DNA of 64,000 nt from Synechococcus sp. (lineage in GTDB: Bacteria > Cyanobacteriota > Cyanobacteriia > PCC-6307 > Cyanobiaceae). The translations under genes and the position numbers were made by a program. Under the pieces are notes generated by a model. The model ran no database searches, was not told the DNA's origin, and saw only the letters and a list, made by a program, of their open reading frames with translations. Shown here in pieces: positions 53,957 through 62,134 of the stretch (positions are counted from its first letter, which is position 1; each line of letters starts with the position of its first letter). The stretch spans positions 96,001 through 160,000 of the forward strand of contig JBJBCN010000002.1 in NCBI GenBank assembly GCA_047285805.1. The letters are read 5' to 3'.

Positions 53957-54748
53957 TCAAGGTAGAGCGAATAAAAGCCGTTCCCAGTAACGCAACCTGT
54001 GATGTTCATCAAAGTCGATGCGCAGCTCTTGAAAGCGTGAAGGCTGCAAACATCCGACCTCCAGGCGAAAGCCACCATATGGCAAGCGCTCAGGAACACC
54101 ACACGCCAATCCATCATTAAATACTCCTCGTAGCTCTGCTTGAAGAAAGGGTTCGGGATCCCACCGTACCGACTCTGGCGTTGATGACCGGCCAGTAACC
54201 CCGGAAAGCGGATTGAAGCGTTCGACAACTCCAGAGCAACCATCCAACGGCTTCAATAACGCACCGATCGAGCTGGCCTGGGGCCTTGATGGTTCCATCT
54301 CCTCGCTGAGCTGACAACGAAACGCCACAGCACCAATTGTATTCAGGCGCCAATTCAATCCATCCGGCTTCCAAATCAGCACCAGCATCGAGCGAGATCG
54401 GCCGTGGAAGAAATTGATTTCGTGGCCAAACCGGCGCATATCATCGGAAACCTCCAGGCTCGACTGACCCCCAGCACCTGCAAATTGCCAGCAGGCTCCT
54501 GAAGCGTTGTAATCGGATCGACTCAAGGCGTACTGCGCTGCACCACCAGGAGCAAAGAACAATCCAGTGCCGTCCCAAAGACCGGTATCGGCATCCTCAA
54601 AGCTGATTGCGTAGCGGGTCTGACCCACGATGCTGGTGGGCTGACGCAAATCAAGTTCGCCATCGTCTCGACGGACATACCAATGGCTGTTCCCTTGCCA
54701 CAAACCCTCAAAGTTGAGGCGGTTGTGTTCCCACTGATCTGTCATCAC
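53957..54748 (-). CDS. DUF3598-like beta-barrel protein
   Basis: QWEHNRLNFEGLWQG N-terminus; Trp/Gly-rich beta pattern. Confidence 0.55.
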   Translation of the reverse strand: MMTDQWEHNRLNFEGLWQGNSHWYVRRDDGELDLRQPTSIVGQTRYAISFEDADTGLWDGTGLFFAPGGAAQYALSRSDYNASGACWQFAGAGGQSSLEVSDDMRRFGHEINFFHGRSRSMLVLIWKPDGLNWRLNTIGAVAFRCQLSEEMEPSRPQASSIGALLKPLDGCSGVVERFNPLSGVTGRSSTPESVRWDPEPFLQAELRGVFNDGLACGVPERLPYGGFRLEVGCLQPSRFQELRIDFDEHHRLRYWERLLFALP

Positions 54749-55317
54749 TGCTTCTTAGCTAAATGACGTGAATAGGGCTCAAAGCAACTATGCGTCCGTA
54801 GGCAAGTACACAAGCCGGAAACTTGAAAGTGGACTAAACAGAAGCGTCGAAGTCCTTTCAGTATTGTGGCAACCAGCGAAGGAATGCTATGAGCCGCCCG
54901 CCTGGCTTTCTGCATCGTAGTGAAGCTTTCATCGACTAGAGCGCCCCGATACCAGTCACTCCCTTCGCGAAGTCGGCATCGTCCGCTAGCTCAATGCGCT
55001 GGTAGCTGTCGCTCCATAGCAATGGCCTGGGGATGGGTTGCTGTAATTGACACTCGCCAATATCGCGATTGATTAAGTCGACAAAGCTAGTGATCCATCT
55101 ATTGACAGGGCCAGTCACAGATGCTGGAGGCAAATGCTGCTTGTCCTGACTACGGCTCTTCGTGTAGGCGTAGGTGGCGCCTCTTCACGAAGAGATCGCA
55201 CAGCGCCCCTGCTGTCGCGCTCAGGTCTTTTCTGAATTTGGAATGTCTTGAACATGACATTCCTCTAGCGCTTGCTGTATCCGACGCGCCTTAAGGCTGA
55301 GAGCCGCAATCTCTTCG

Positions 55318-55536
55318 TCAAGGTATGGCGCTCGCGTCGGCTGAGGTCTGTGGCATCCACGTCCTCACCGATTCGCTGCCATGCCCGCTTGAGCAACCGG
55401 TAAGCCTGGCGGCAGCTGTCCCCCCCCACTCCTGTGACGAATGGGCGACACAGGCGGAGTTGGACGAGTCCTCCAGCAGCATCAGCTGCAGGATGTCGAT
55501 CCGCTCAGCGATGGCGGAGGTCGTAGCCCTAGCCAT
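55318..55536 (-). pseudogene. frameshifted, truncated copy of the satellite-like HTH gene
   Basis: MARATTSAIAERID..EWGG, shift at G8 (55420-55427), then RQAYRLLKRAWQRIGED..RRE and truncation; homologous to 63596-63952. Confidence 0.75.
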
Positions 55537-55690
55537 CGGCTTTCTCCCGCCAGAGGTGCATCAACAGCTCGCGCTGAGCCAGGTCCAGGCCCACCCCCAG
55601 CCAGGGCAACAGCTCCGGCAGTGAATCAGTGGAGAGTTCGAGGGTGCCTGTCATGGCCTGGGTCCCCACAGCGAGGTCGGAATGGATCAC
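55529..55690 (-). CDS. 53-aa module protein, copy 1 (below the ORF-track cutoff)
   Basis: VIHSDLAVGTQAMTGTLELSTDSLPELLPWLGVGLDLAQRELLMHLWREKADG*. Confidence 0.7.
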   Translation of the reverse strand: MIHSDLAVGTQAMTGTLELSTDSLPELLPWLGVGLDLAQRELLMHLWREKADG

Positions 55691-56389
55691 TGGACCGCCT
55701 GCTCAACCTGAAGGTTGTCATTTGCCTCAAAACCCTTTCCGGGAACGGGCTCAACTTTCCCTCTTGATGTTTTCGGGCGCGGAATGGGGCCCAGAACACC
55801 GACCCACTGCTCAGTAGCGGGGAGTACTGAGGTGGAGTGGGGCTCCCGTATTGCCCCACCCCGCCCCGCACTTAGAGAGAAAACCCTCTGCCCAGGACGA
55901 GCAGAAGGCCGTCGTGTTTTCCCTCCCGATGACGGTATGAAGAGCGCAGCCACATGCCGGTGCTCGAAATCACTTCGGTGCCCTCTGTCATTTACCTACG
56001 TCTGTGCCCAACCAACAGCTCCCCTAGCCACTGCTCAGTAGCGGGGAGTGTTTTGGGGGAGCGGGATGACCTCCCCCCGCTCGGATCACGAACCCACCGG
56101 GGACCGTGTCCTCAGTGGTTATGGCTCAAGTTTGGCTGGGCGTGCAACCCTTGGTCCAAAGATTTGGTGGGGCGAGATGCACCTCGCCCCTGAGGCGATG
56201 TCTTGACGAAGAGAAACGCCTCAATCCCGGTATGCCACTGCAATCTCGGGGGCATGTACGCCTCTATACAAACTGAAAAAATCCCCTACTGGAAGCCAGT
56301 AAGGGAGAGCGTCTCTTCGTCAAAAAGCGCAGTTCTTTCCTACGAAGCCGACCTGCCCTGGCGCAAGAAGCATTTGTTACTACCGCTCG

Positions 56390-56731
56390 TTACTGGCGCT
56401 CCTGGGGATGATCTGACAGTCCGACGATCCAGTCAAGCTGCCCGACGCTAGCCGCCAGTGCCCCTGGCTGATTTGTGTGCAGGCACATTTGGCAGCCTTC
56501 CAACAGCAAGTTGATCACCTGGGCGGTCAGAGCCCTCCTGTCCCACCCCGATTCTTCGTAGTCATCACGAAACAGGTCGAAGGCGTCAGCCACGGCGCGC
56601 TGGGCAGTCCTGCGACTGCAGGGTCCGCCCCCTACCCCCTGCGACAGAAACGTCACGACGGCACTGGGGCTTTTCCCCTTGTGGAGGAGGTCCAGAGCGT
56701 CTTCAGCGCGGGCTGCGGTGCGTTTCTTCAT
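56390..56731 (-). CDS. satellite-like HTH / small-terminase-like protein
   Basis: CSRRTAQRAVADAF, DRRAL, NQPGALAASVGQLD..GL; distant homologue of 63596-63952. Confidence 0.65.
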   Translation of the reverse strand: MKKRTAARAEDALDLLHKGKSPSAVVTFLSQGVGGGPCSRRTAQRAVADAFDLFRDDYEESGWDRRALTAQVINLLLEGCQMCLHTNQPGALAASVGQLDWIVGLSDHPQERQ

Positions 56732-56889
56732 TGCCGGTACTCCTGGCGTAAGCAGTGCATGAGCAGTTCCCTGAGGAGGAGGGCGACGCCGACGGCGAAG
56801 AGCGGCACCAGCTCCGGGAGGGACTCAGGCGAGATCTGCAGGGTGCGGGTCATGGCCTGTGCCCCTTTGACCAGGTCGGGGTGGATCAC
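56728..56889 (-). CDS. 53-aa module protein, copy 2
   Basis: VIHPDLVKGAQAMTRTLQISPESLPELVPLFAVGVALLLRELLMHCLRQEYRQ*. Confidence 0.7.
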   Translation of the reverse strand: MIHPDLVKGAQAMTRTLQISPESLPELVPLFAVGVALLLRELLMHCLRQEYRQ

Positions 56890-57185
56890 CTGCCCAGCAC
56901 CCCGTTGAGCGAATCCAGCTCGCTGTCGAGCAGAGAACACTCTGCGGCGACCTCACGCTCTGCCCTGGCGACCTTCTCGTTGAGGTCATCCCGCTTGGCT
57001 GTCAGCTCCGCGATGCGGGCTTCGACCTGGTTGTAGACCGCCGGCTTGCTGCAGAGCCGCGGCAGTTCTTCCAGCCAAAACCGCTCAAGTCATGCCGGGG
57101 GCAGTCCAGAGGCGCTGGGGTCGCTCAGGAGCTGCTTGTCGCGATCGTTGAGGACAGCATCCAGGGCACGGCTGTAATCGCCCCC

Positions 57186-57280
57186 ATCAACCCGCAGCCA
57201 ATCAGCGCAGGGGCAACGACCTCCGCTGGACGGCAGAAGAAGGCATGGGGCAGGGCTGAGCAGTCCTTAGTGATGGGCTG
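57186..57280 (-). pseudogene. 5' fragment of 3-methyladenine DNA glycosylase (mpg-like), copy 1
   Basis: ALPHAFFCRPAEVVAPALIGC resembles the MPG N-terminus (FF.R....VA..LIG); downstream IVETEAY motif absent. Confidence 0.6.
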
Positions 57281-57403
57281 GATGGCTATGGGAGTGGCTT
57301 CTGGTCTCCCTTCAGCTTGCTGACGACCAATCAACTGCTCTAAGCCCAGTGGCAATGGTGGATTTCCTGGCGAAACTCCCGCCAGAAGTTGAGCGCGAGC
57401 GCA

Positions 57404-58441
57404 ATGCAGCAGTCCACTCGCCTGAGCCTCTCCCTCACTGGTGCAGCTGCTTTGGCACTGGCATCAATGCCTCAGGTGAGCGCAAAGCCTGCAGTGGTGG
57501 CGCAAGGGAGCGCGGAAGACCTTGGTGTGATGCGCATCCGCCTCAAGGATGTGGTCAAACCGCAGGTTGGAGTTCAAGGTCAAACTCAAGCGGCTGGTAC
57601 CCCGAATGAGGCAGGCATTGGCGGCTTTATGCCGCTGGTGGTGGGAGAGAACAGCGTTTTCTTTGCTGATGTGCTGGCGAATGCGAACTTCGCGGACTGG
57701 GGCAACAGCAGCAGCATCATCAATACGAAGGTGGCGGGTCCCACCATCAGCACGTCATCCAGGCTTGGGTATCGCTGGCTGAATGGTGACCGCAGTTGGA
57801 TGTTTGGTGTCAACGGTGGGTATGACACCCGACCGATGGCAACGGGTGATGCCGATACAGGTGTTGCGGTCTCTGGTCAGCGGACAGTCTTTTTCCAGCA
57901 GGCAGCGTTTGGCTTGGAGGCAGTGAATGATGACTGGAGCTTCAATGCCTATGGATTAATACCAACTGGAACAACGGAATACAGGTTGAATAGTGCTTAC
58001 AACGGGGGAGCACTGGATACGTATGGGTTTGATGCGGGCTACAGCATCACGCCAGAGTGGAAGCTGAGTGTTGGCTATTACTACCAGAATGGCGACCTCA
58101 ATACAGCTGATGGCTCAGGCGTGCTGGGGCGACTGGCTTACAGCATCAATGAGGGAGTAACGGTTGGCACCAATCTGTCTTATGACAGCGCGTTTAAGTC
58201 ACGCTTCTCAGCTGACATTAAGTGGCGGTTCAATACGGCAGGAATTTCGCAAAGCGAGAAGCAGAAGAAAGCGTGGGAGAAGCCAACGATTAAGGCATTA
58301 ACTGAGAGCGTGAAGAATAGGGATGTACGGGTGCACGATACGACCTGGTGTAATACCCCAGGCGGGGAACCGGGAGTATTAGTAAATACCCCTAGAACCG
58401 GGAAGTCTGTGTGTGTCACGATTAGACCCGCCCCAATGTAG
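57404..58441 (+). CDS. inverse-autotransporter (intimin/invasin beta-domain)-like outer-membrane protein, copy 1
   Basis: Signal peptide; SRLGYRWL, WMFGVNGGYD, QQAAFGLEA, NAYGLIP amphipathic strands; tail after RDVRVHD is TTWCNTPGGEPGVLVNTPRTGKSVCVTIRPAPM. Confidence 0.75.
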   Translation: MQQSTRLSLSLTGAAALALASMPQVSAKPAVVAQGSAEDLGVMRIRLKDVVKPQVGVQGQTQAAGTPNEAGIGGFMPLVVGENSVFFADVLANANFADWGNSSSIINTKVAGPTISTSSRLGYRWLNGDRSWMFGVNGGYDTRPMATGDADTGVAVSGQRTVFFQQAAFGLEAVNDDWSFNAYGLIPTGTTEYRLNSAYNGGALDTYGFDAGYSITPEWKLSVGYYYQNGDLNTADGSGVLGRLAYSINEGVTVGTNLSYDSAFKSRFSADIKWRFNTAGISQSEKQKKAWEKPTIKALTESVKNRDVRVHDTTWCNTPGGEPGVLVNTPRTGKSVCVTIRPAPM

Positions 58442-58465
58442 GGTGAGCCTAACCACCCAACGCCC

Positions 58466-58500
58466 AAAGCCCCTGTAACCGCAGGGGCTTTTTATTTCTT
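58466..58500 (+). terminator. rho-independent terminator after copy 1
   Basis: aaagcccctg-taaccg-caggggcttt followed by T-rich sequence. Confidence 0.75.
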
Positions 58501-58745
58501 CAGTCACACCAATAAGCCAGCAAATCAGCATCCAATACCTGGCACCATCGCCTTCGGCTCAGCCCAATGGCAGGTCACTCACGGCATTCTTTGCCTCATC
58601 GCAAGACCACAAGACACACCAAAGCTATCCTCAATATCTTTATCCCTACTTCTATCCTTATTTTCTCAACGCATTCACCAATAACTTCGCTCTCTATCGC
58701 CATCATTGATGCCATTGGTGCGTCTAAACATCACCGTCACCTGAT

Positions 58746-58830
58746 GCCAATCAGCTCAGGGGCAACGACCTCCGCTGGACGGCAGAAGAAGGCGTGGGGC
58801 AGGGCTGGGAAATCTCTGGTGACGGGCGGG
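58746..58830 (-). pseudogene. 5' fragment of mpg-like gene, copy 2
   Basis: VTRDFPALPHAFFCRPAEVVAPELIG, cut at the repeat junction. Confidence 0.6.
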
Positions 58831-58951
58831 GTGGCTATGGGAGTGGCTGCTGGTCTCCCTTCAGCTTGCTGACGACCACCCAACTGCTCTAAGCCCTGTG
58901 GCAATGGGGGATTTCCTGGCGAAACTCCCGCCAGAAGTGAGCTCAAGCGCA

Positions 58952-59941
58952 ATGCAGCAGTCCATTCGCCTGAGCCTCTCCCTCACTGGTGCAGCTGCTT
59001 TGTCACTGGCATCAATGCCTCAGGTGAGCGCGATACCTGCCGTGGTGGTGCAAGGGAGCGCGGAAGACCTTGGAGTGATGAGCATCCGCCTCAAGGATGT
59101 GGTGAGACCGCAGGTAGGAGTTCAAGGTCAAACCCAAGCGGCTGGCACCCCGAATGAGGCAGGCATTGGCGGCTTTGTGCCGCTGGTGGTGGGAGAGAAC
59201 CGTGTCTTCTTTGCTGATGTGCTGGCGAATGCGAACTTCGCGGACTGGGGCAACAGCAGCAGCCTCATCAACACCAAGGTGGCTGGCACCACCATCAGCA
59301 CGTCATCCAGGCTTGGGTATCGCTGGCTGAATGGTGACCGCAGTTGGATGTTTGGTGTCAACGGTGGGTATGGCACCCGACCGATGGCAACGGGTGATGC
59401 CGATACAGGTGTTGCGGTCTCTGGTCAGCGGACAGTCTTTTTCCAGCAGGCAGCGTTTGGCTTGGAGGCAGTGAATGATGACTGGAGCTTCAATGCCTAT
59501 GGATTAATCCCAACTGGAACAACGGAATACAGGTTGAATAGTGCTTACAGCGGAGGAGCACTGGATACGTATGGGTTTGATGCGGGCTACAGCATCACGC
59601 CAGAGTGGAAGCTGAGCGTTGGCTATTACTACCAGAATGGCGACCTCAATACAGCTGATGGTTCAGGGGTGTTGGGGCGACTGGCTTACAGCATCAATGA
59701 GGGCGTAACGGTTGGCACTAACCTGTCTTACGACAGCGCGTTTAAGTCACGCTTCTCGGCTGATATTAAGTGGCGTTTTAATACGGCAGGAATTTCGCAA
59801 AGCGAGAAGCAGAAGAAAGCGTGGGAGAAGCCTACGATTAAGGCATTAACTGAGAGCGTGAAGAACAGGGATGTGCGGGTGCACGATCCAGATATATATA
59901 CCATTTGCATGTTTCACCTTTCATATACATACTGTGGGTAG
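58952..59941 (+). CDS. inverse-autotransporter-like outer-membrane protein, copy 2
   Basis: Near-identical to copy 1 up to RDVRVHD; tail is PDIYTICMFHLSYTYCG. Confidence 0.75.
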   Translation: MQQSIRLSLSLTGAAALSLASMPQVSAIPAVVVQGSAEDLGVMSIRLKDVVRPQVGVQGQTQAAGTPNEAGIGGFVPLVVGENRVFFADVLANANFADWGNSSSLINTKVAGTTISTSSRLGYRWLNGDRSWMFGVNGGYGTRPMATGDADTGVAVSGQRTVFFQQAAFGLEAVNDDWSFNAYGLIPTGTTEYRLNSAYSGGALDTYGFDAGYSITPEWKLSVGYYYQNGDLNTADGSGVLGRLAYSINEGVTVGTNLSYDSAFKSRFSADIKWRFNTAGISQSEKQKKAWEKPTIKALTESVKNRDVRVHDPDIYTICMFHLSYTYCG

Positions 59942-60382
59942 CCTGACCACCCAAAGCCTTTGCGTTTGCAGGGGCTTTTTTACTTCTTCAGTCACGCCAA
60001 TAAGCCAATAAGCCAGCCTCCAATACCTGGCACCTTCTTCATCAACGCAACCTGATGACAGACCCATAAGGGCACTGAGCGCCTTATCGCAAGACCGCAA
60101 GACACACCAAAACTATCCCCAATATATTTCTCCCGGCTTCTATCCTCATTCCCTCAACGCATTCACCAATAACTTCCCTTTCTATCGCCATCACGTATGC
60201 CATTGGCTCGTTTAAACCTCACTGCTATCTGGTGCTACTCGTCAGGGATTTGATTGAGCCGCATAGCAAGCGCAAAAGGTAGTTGCTTCTGCCCTGGCGA
60301 TACATGCTTGCGATTCCATGTGTTTCTGGCTATTGTTTTGGTCTTTGGTTTAGCGTAATTCTGCAATAGGGGGTCGCGCCTG

Positions 60383-60670
60383 GTGGTGTCTGTTTCTGAT
60401 TTTGACAAACGCTTTAAGCGCAGTCCACTTGTTGTTTGCAGTGAGCTTGATGGTCAAATCACTTTATTTCAGAGCAGTACTTGTGACTACTTAGTGCTTA
60501 ATGAAACCGGCTCTGCGATCTGGGATGCATTGCATTCGCCTAAGACGCTCGAGCAGATTTGTGAAAAACTCTTGGCGGAATATGAAGTCACTCCTGAGCA
60601 GTGCCGGATGAGCGTGGAGGAGTGGCTTTCAATCGCAATCGCAAAAGAAATTATTGCTTTAGTCCGATGA
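60383..60670 (+). CDS. PqqD family protein / RiPP recognition element (lasso B1-like)
   Basis: SELDGQITLF...YLVLNETGSAIWDAL..PKTLEQICEKLLAEYEVTPEQC. Confidence 0.88.
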   Translation: MVSVSDFDKRFKRSPLVVCSELDGQITLFQSSTCDYLVLNETGSAIWDALHSPKTLEQICEKLLAEYEVTPEQCRMSVEEWLSIAIAKEIIALVR

Positions 60671-60709
60671 TCTGGTGGTAAATATTATTGCTAGGGGGGT
60701 AGATAAAAG

Positions 60710-61252
60710 CTAGAAGGTGAATGTTGTTTTTAGCGCTAGTGCCCATATTTCGCTCTTGACTTTATTCTGTCCAACCATCTTGAATCCATGCCGCGCAAAA
60801 TATCGCCTCATAGATGCGTTTCGCAGGCCTGGGTTGACATTCGCTGTCAATAAATGTCTTGCTCGATGATCTCTGTTTAGGTTGTCGTTTTTAAACTCTC
60901 TGAGGAATGTCGTATAGAGCTGATTGCTCAGTCTTGGGGCGCGATGGTCGGGAAGGACATACATTCTTTGAAAGTAGGCGTGGCTTCCTAGATGCAGTTC
61001 TGAGTCTAGTGTTCGAAGGGAGACAAAAACGATTCCGGTAATCCGGCCCAGTGAATCTCGGGCTGTGGCAGCTGTGTGTATACTTAATGGTCGAAAAGCG
61101 GATCTTTGATTGATCGTTGAGATGGTTGTTGATTCTTTGAATCTCCTGAGCTCAGATTGGTAGGATTCCAGATTGGTATCCCAGAACTCCTTAAGTTCTG
61201 ACTTGAGCTCATCATTAATGGCTCCGAAGATATAGTCAACTGTGAACGTCAC
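60710..61252 (-). CDS. GNAT-fold-like hypothetical protein
   Basis: AYFQRMYVLPDHR..L and YFARHGF resemble acetyltransferase motifs A and B. Confidence 0.55.
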   Translation of the reverse strand: MTFTVDYIFGAINDELKSELKEFWDTNLESYQSELRRFKESTTISTINQRSAFRPLSIHTAATARDSLGRITGIVFVSLRTLDSELHLGSHAYFQRMYVLPDHRAPRLSNQLYTTFLREFKNDNLNRDHRARHLLTANVNPGLRNASMRRYFARHGFKMVGQNKVKSEIWALALKTTFTF

Positions 61253-62134
61253 TTATTGATTCGTTGGTCCCGTGTAGCCAAAGCGCTTCATGGTTGCCGA
61301 CAGATTCTTTTCCAATCTTTGGCGCTGCTCGATCGTCAGTTGCTCTGCGCCCTCTCCCGTTCGCCCTGAGCGAAAGAACCGTTCACAACCGGCAGGTTTT
61401 TCTGCAAAGCCATCCACATCCTCCTCGAGCTTTTTCAGTCGATCAATGGAGGTGTTGTCTAAAGCCTTCTGAATGAGATTAGGCTCATTAGGAAGACCCA
61501 AGAATTTGACTAAGTTTGTAAACGTCTTCAATCCCTTTGCCAACATGTCTTCATAACGCATGATCAAGACTGGCAGTTGAGTTTGATCGGCCCAGGACCT
61601 CACATGCTGATCCCAGCGGCCCATGTGCTGCCGCACTTGGTGGCTACCAAAGCGCTCCCCTGGCACCAGAGCTGCATTGTGATCTAGCAGATGATCAACA
61701 CAACGCTCCAATGGCCATGAAAAGAAGTGGCTAAGTGATACGGCCACATCTTCTGGGTGGCGCAGGATATAAACAACACCAGAGCAGCCTGTTGTACTCA
61801 CCACTGGGCGCCCACGGGAATCAGGTGACTTGAATGCATCATGCACTTTGTGAAAGCGCTCTCCTTCGGCGAATAGCCACGGACTGGCACCAGCACGTCC
61901 GCGCAACGGATCAAGTTCACTAAAACTTAGATCACAACTATTGATTCCCAATTGATCGTCTAGCCATAGCCTGGAAGAGGCAATCGCTCCAGTTTCAATA
62001 TCTTGATTAAGGTTTAATTCTTCCCTAGGTTTGTCTCCGGCTAGACGCAACAGCTCAGTGATAAATACCCGGCACCAGGTGTTGCCTGATTTGGGATAAG
62101 AAGCGAGATACCAGTAACTGTAGTTGTCAGTCAT
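61253..62134 (-). CDS. sulfotransferase (Sulfotransfer_1)
   Basis: WYLASYPKSGNTW 5'-PSB, YILRHPEDVAVS 3'-PB, RYEDM, FFRSG. Confidence 0.92.
   Translation of the reverse strand: MTDNYSYWYLASYPKSGNTWCRVFITELLRLAGDKPREELNLNQDIETGAIASSRLWLDDQLGINSCDLSFSELDPLRGRAGASPWLFAEGERFHKVHDAFKSPDSRGRPVVSTTGCSGVVYILRHPEDVAVSLSHFFSWPLERCVDHLLDHNAALVPGERFGSHQVRQHMGRWDQHVRSWADQTQLPVLIMRYEDMLAKGLKTFTNLVKFLGLPNEPNLIQKALDNTSIDRLKKLEEDVDGFAEKPAGCERFFRSGRTGEGAEQLTIEQRQRLEKNLSATMKRFGYTGPTNQ

Larger units (their letters stand above)
57200..60236 (+). repeat. tandem direct duplication, period 1548 bp (about 57200-58747 and 58748-60236)
   Basis: Both units begin caatcagc(g/t)caggggcaacgacctcc and share the gene body, terminator and about 280 bp downstream. 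Confidence 0.92.

Noticed and set aside
57404..59941. Diversity-generating retroelement as the source of tip variation
   Set aside because: The tips differ in length and are unalignable rather than A-specific variants; no reverse transcriptase or template repeat is in the window.
57200..60236. Assembly artefact duplication
   Set aside because: The copies differ by scattered substitutions and have completely different tips.
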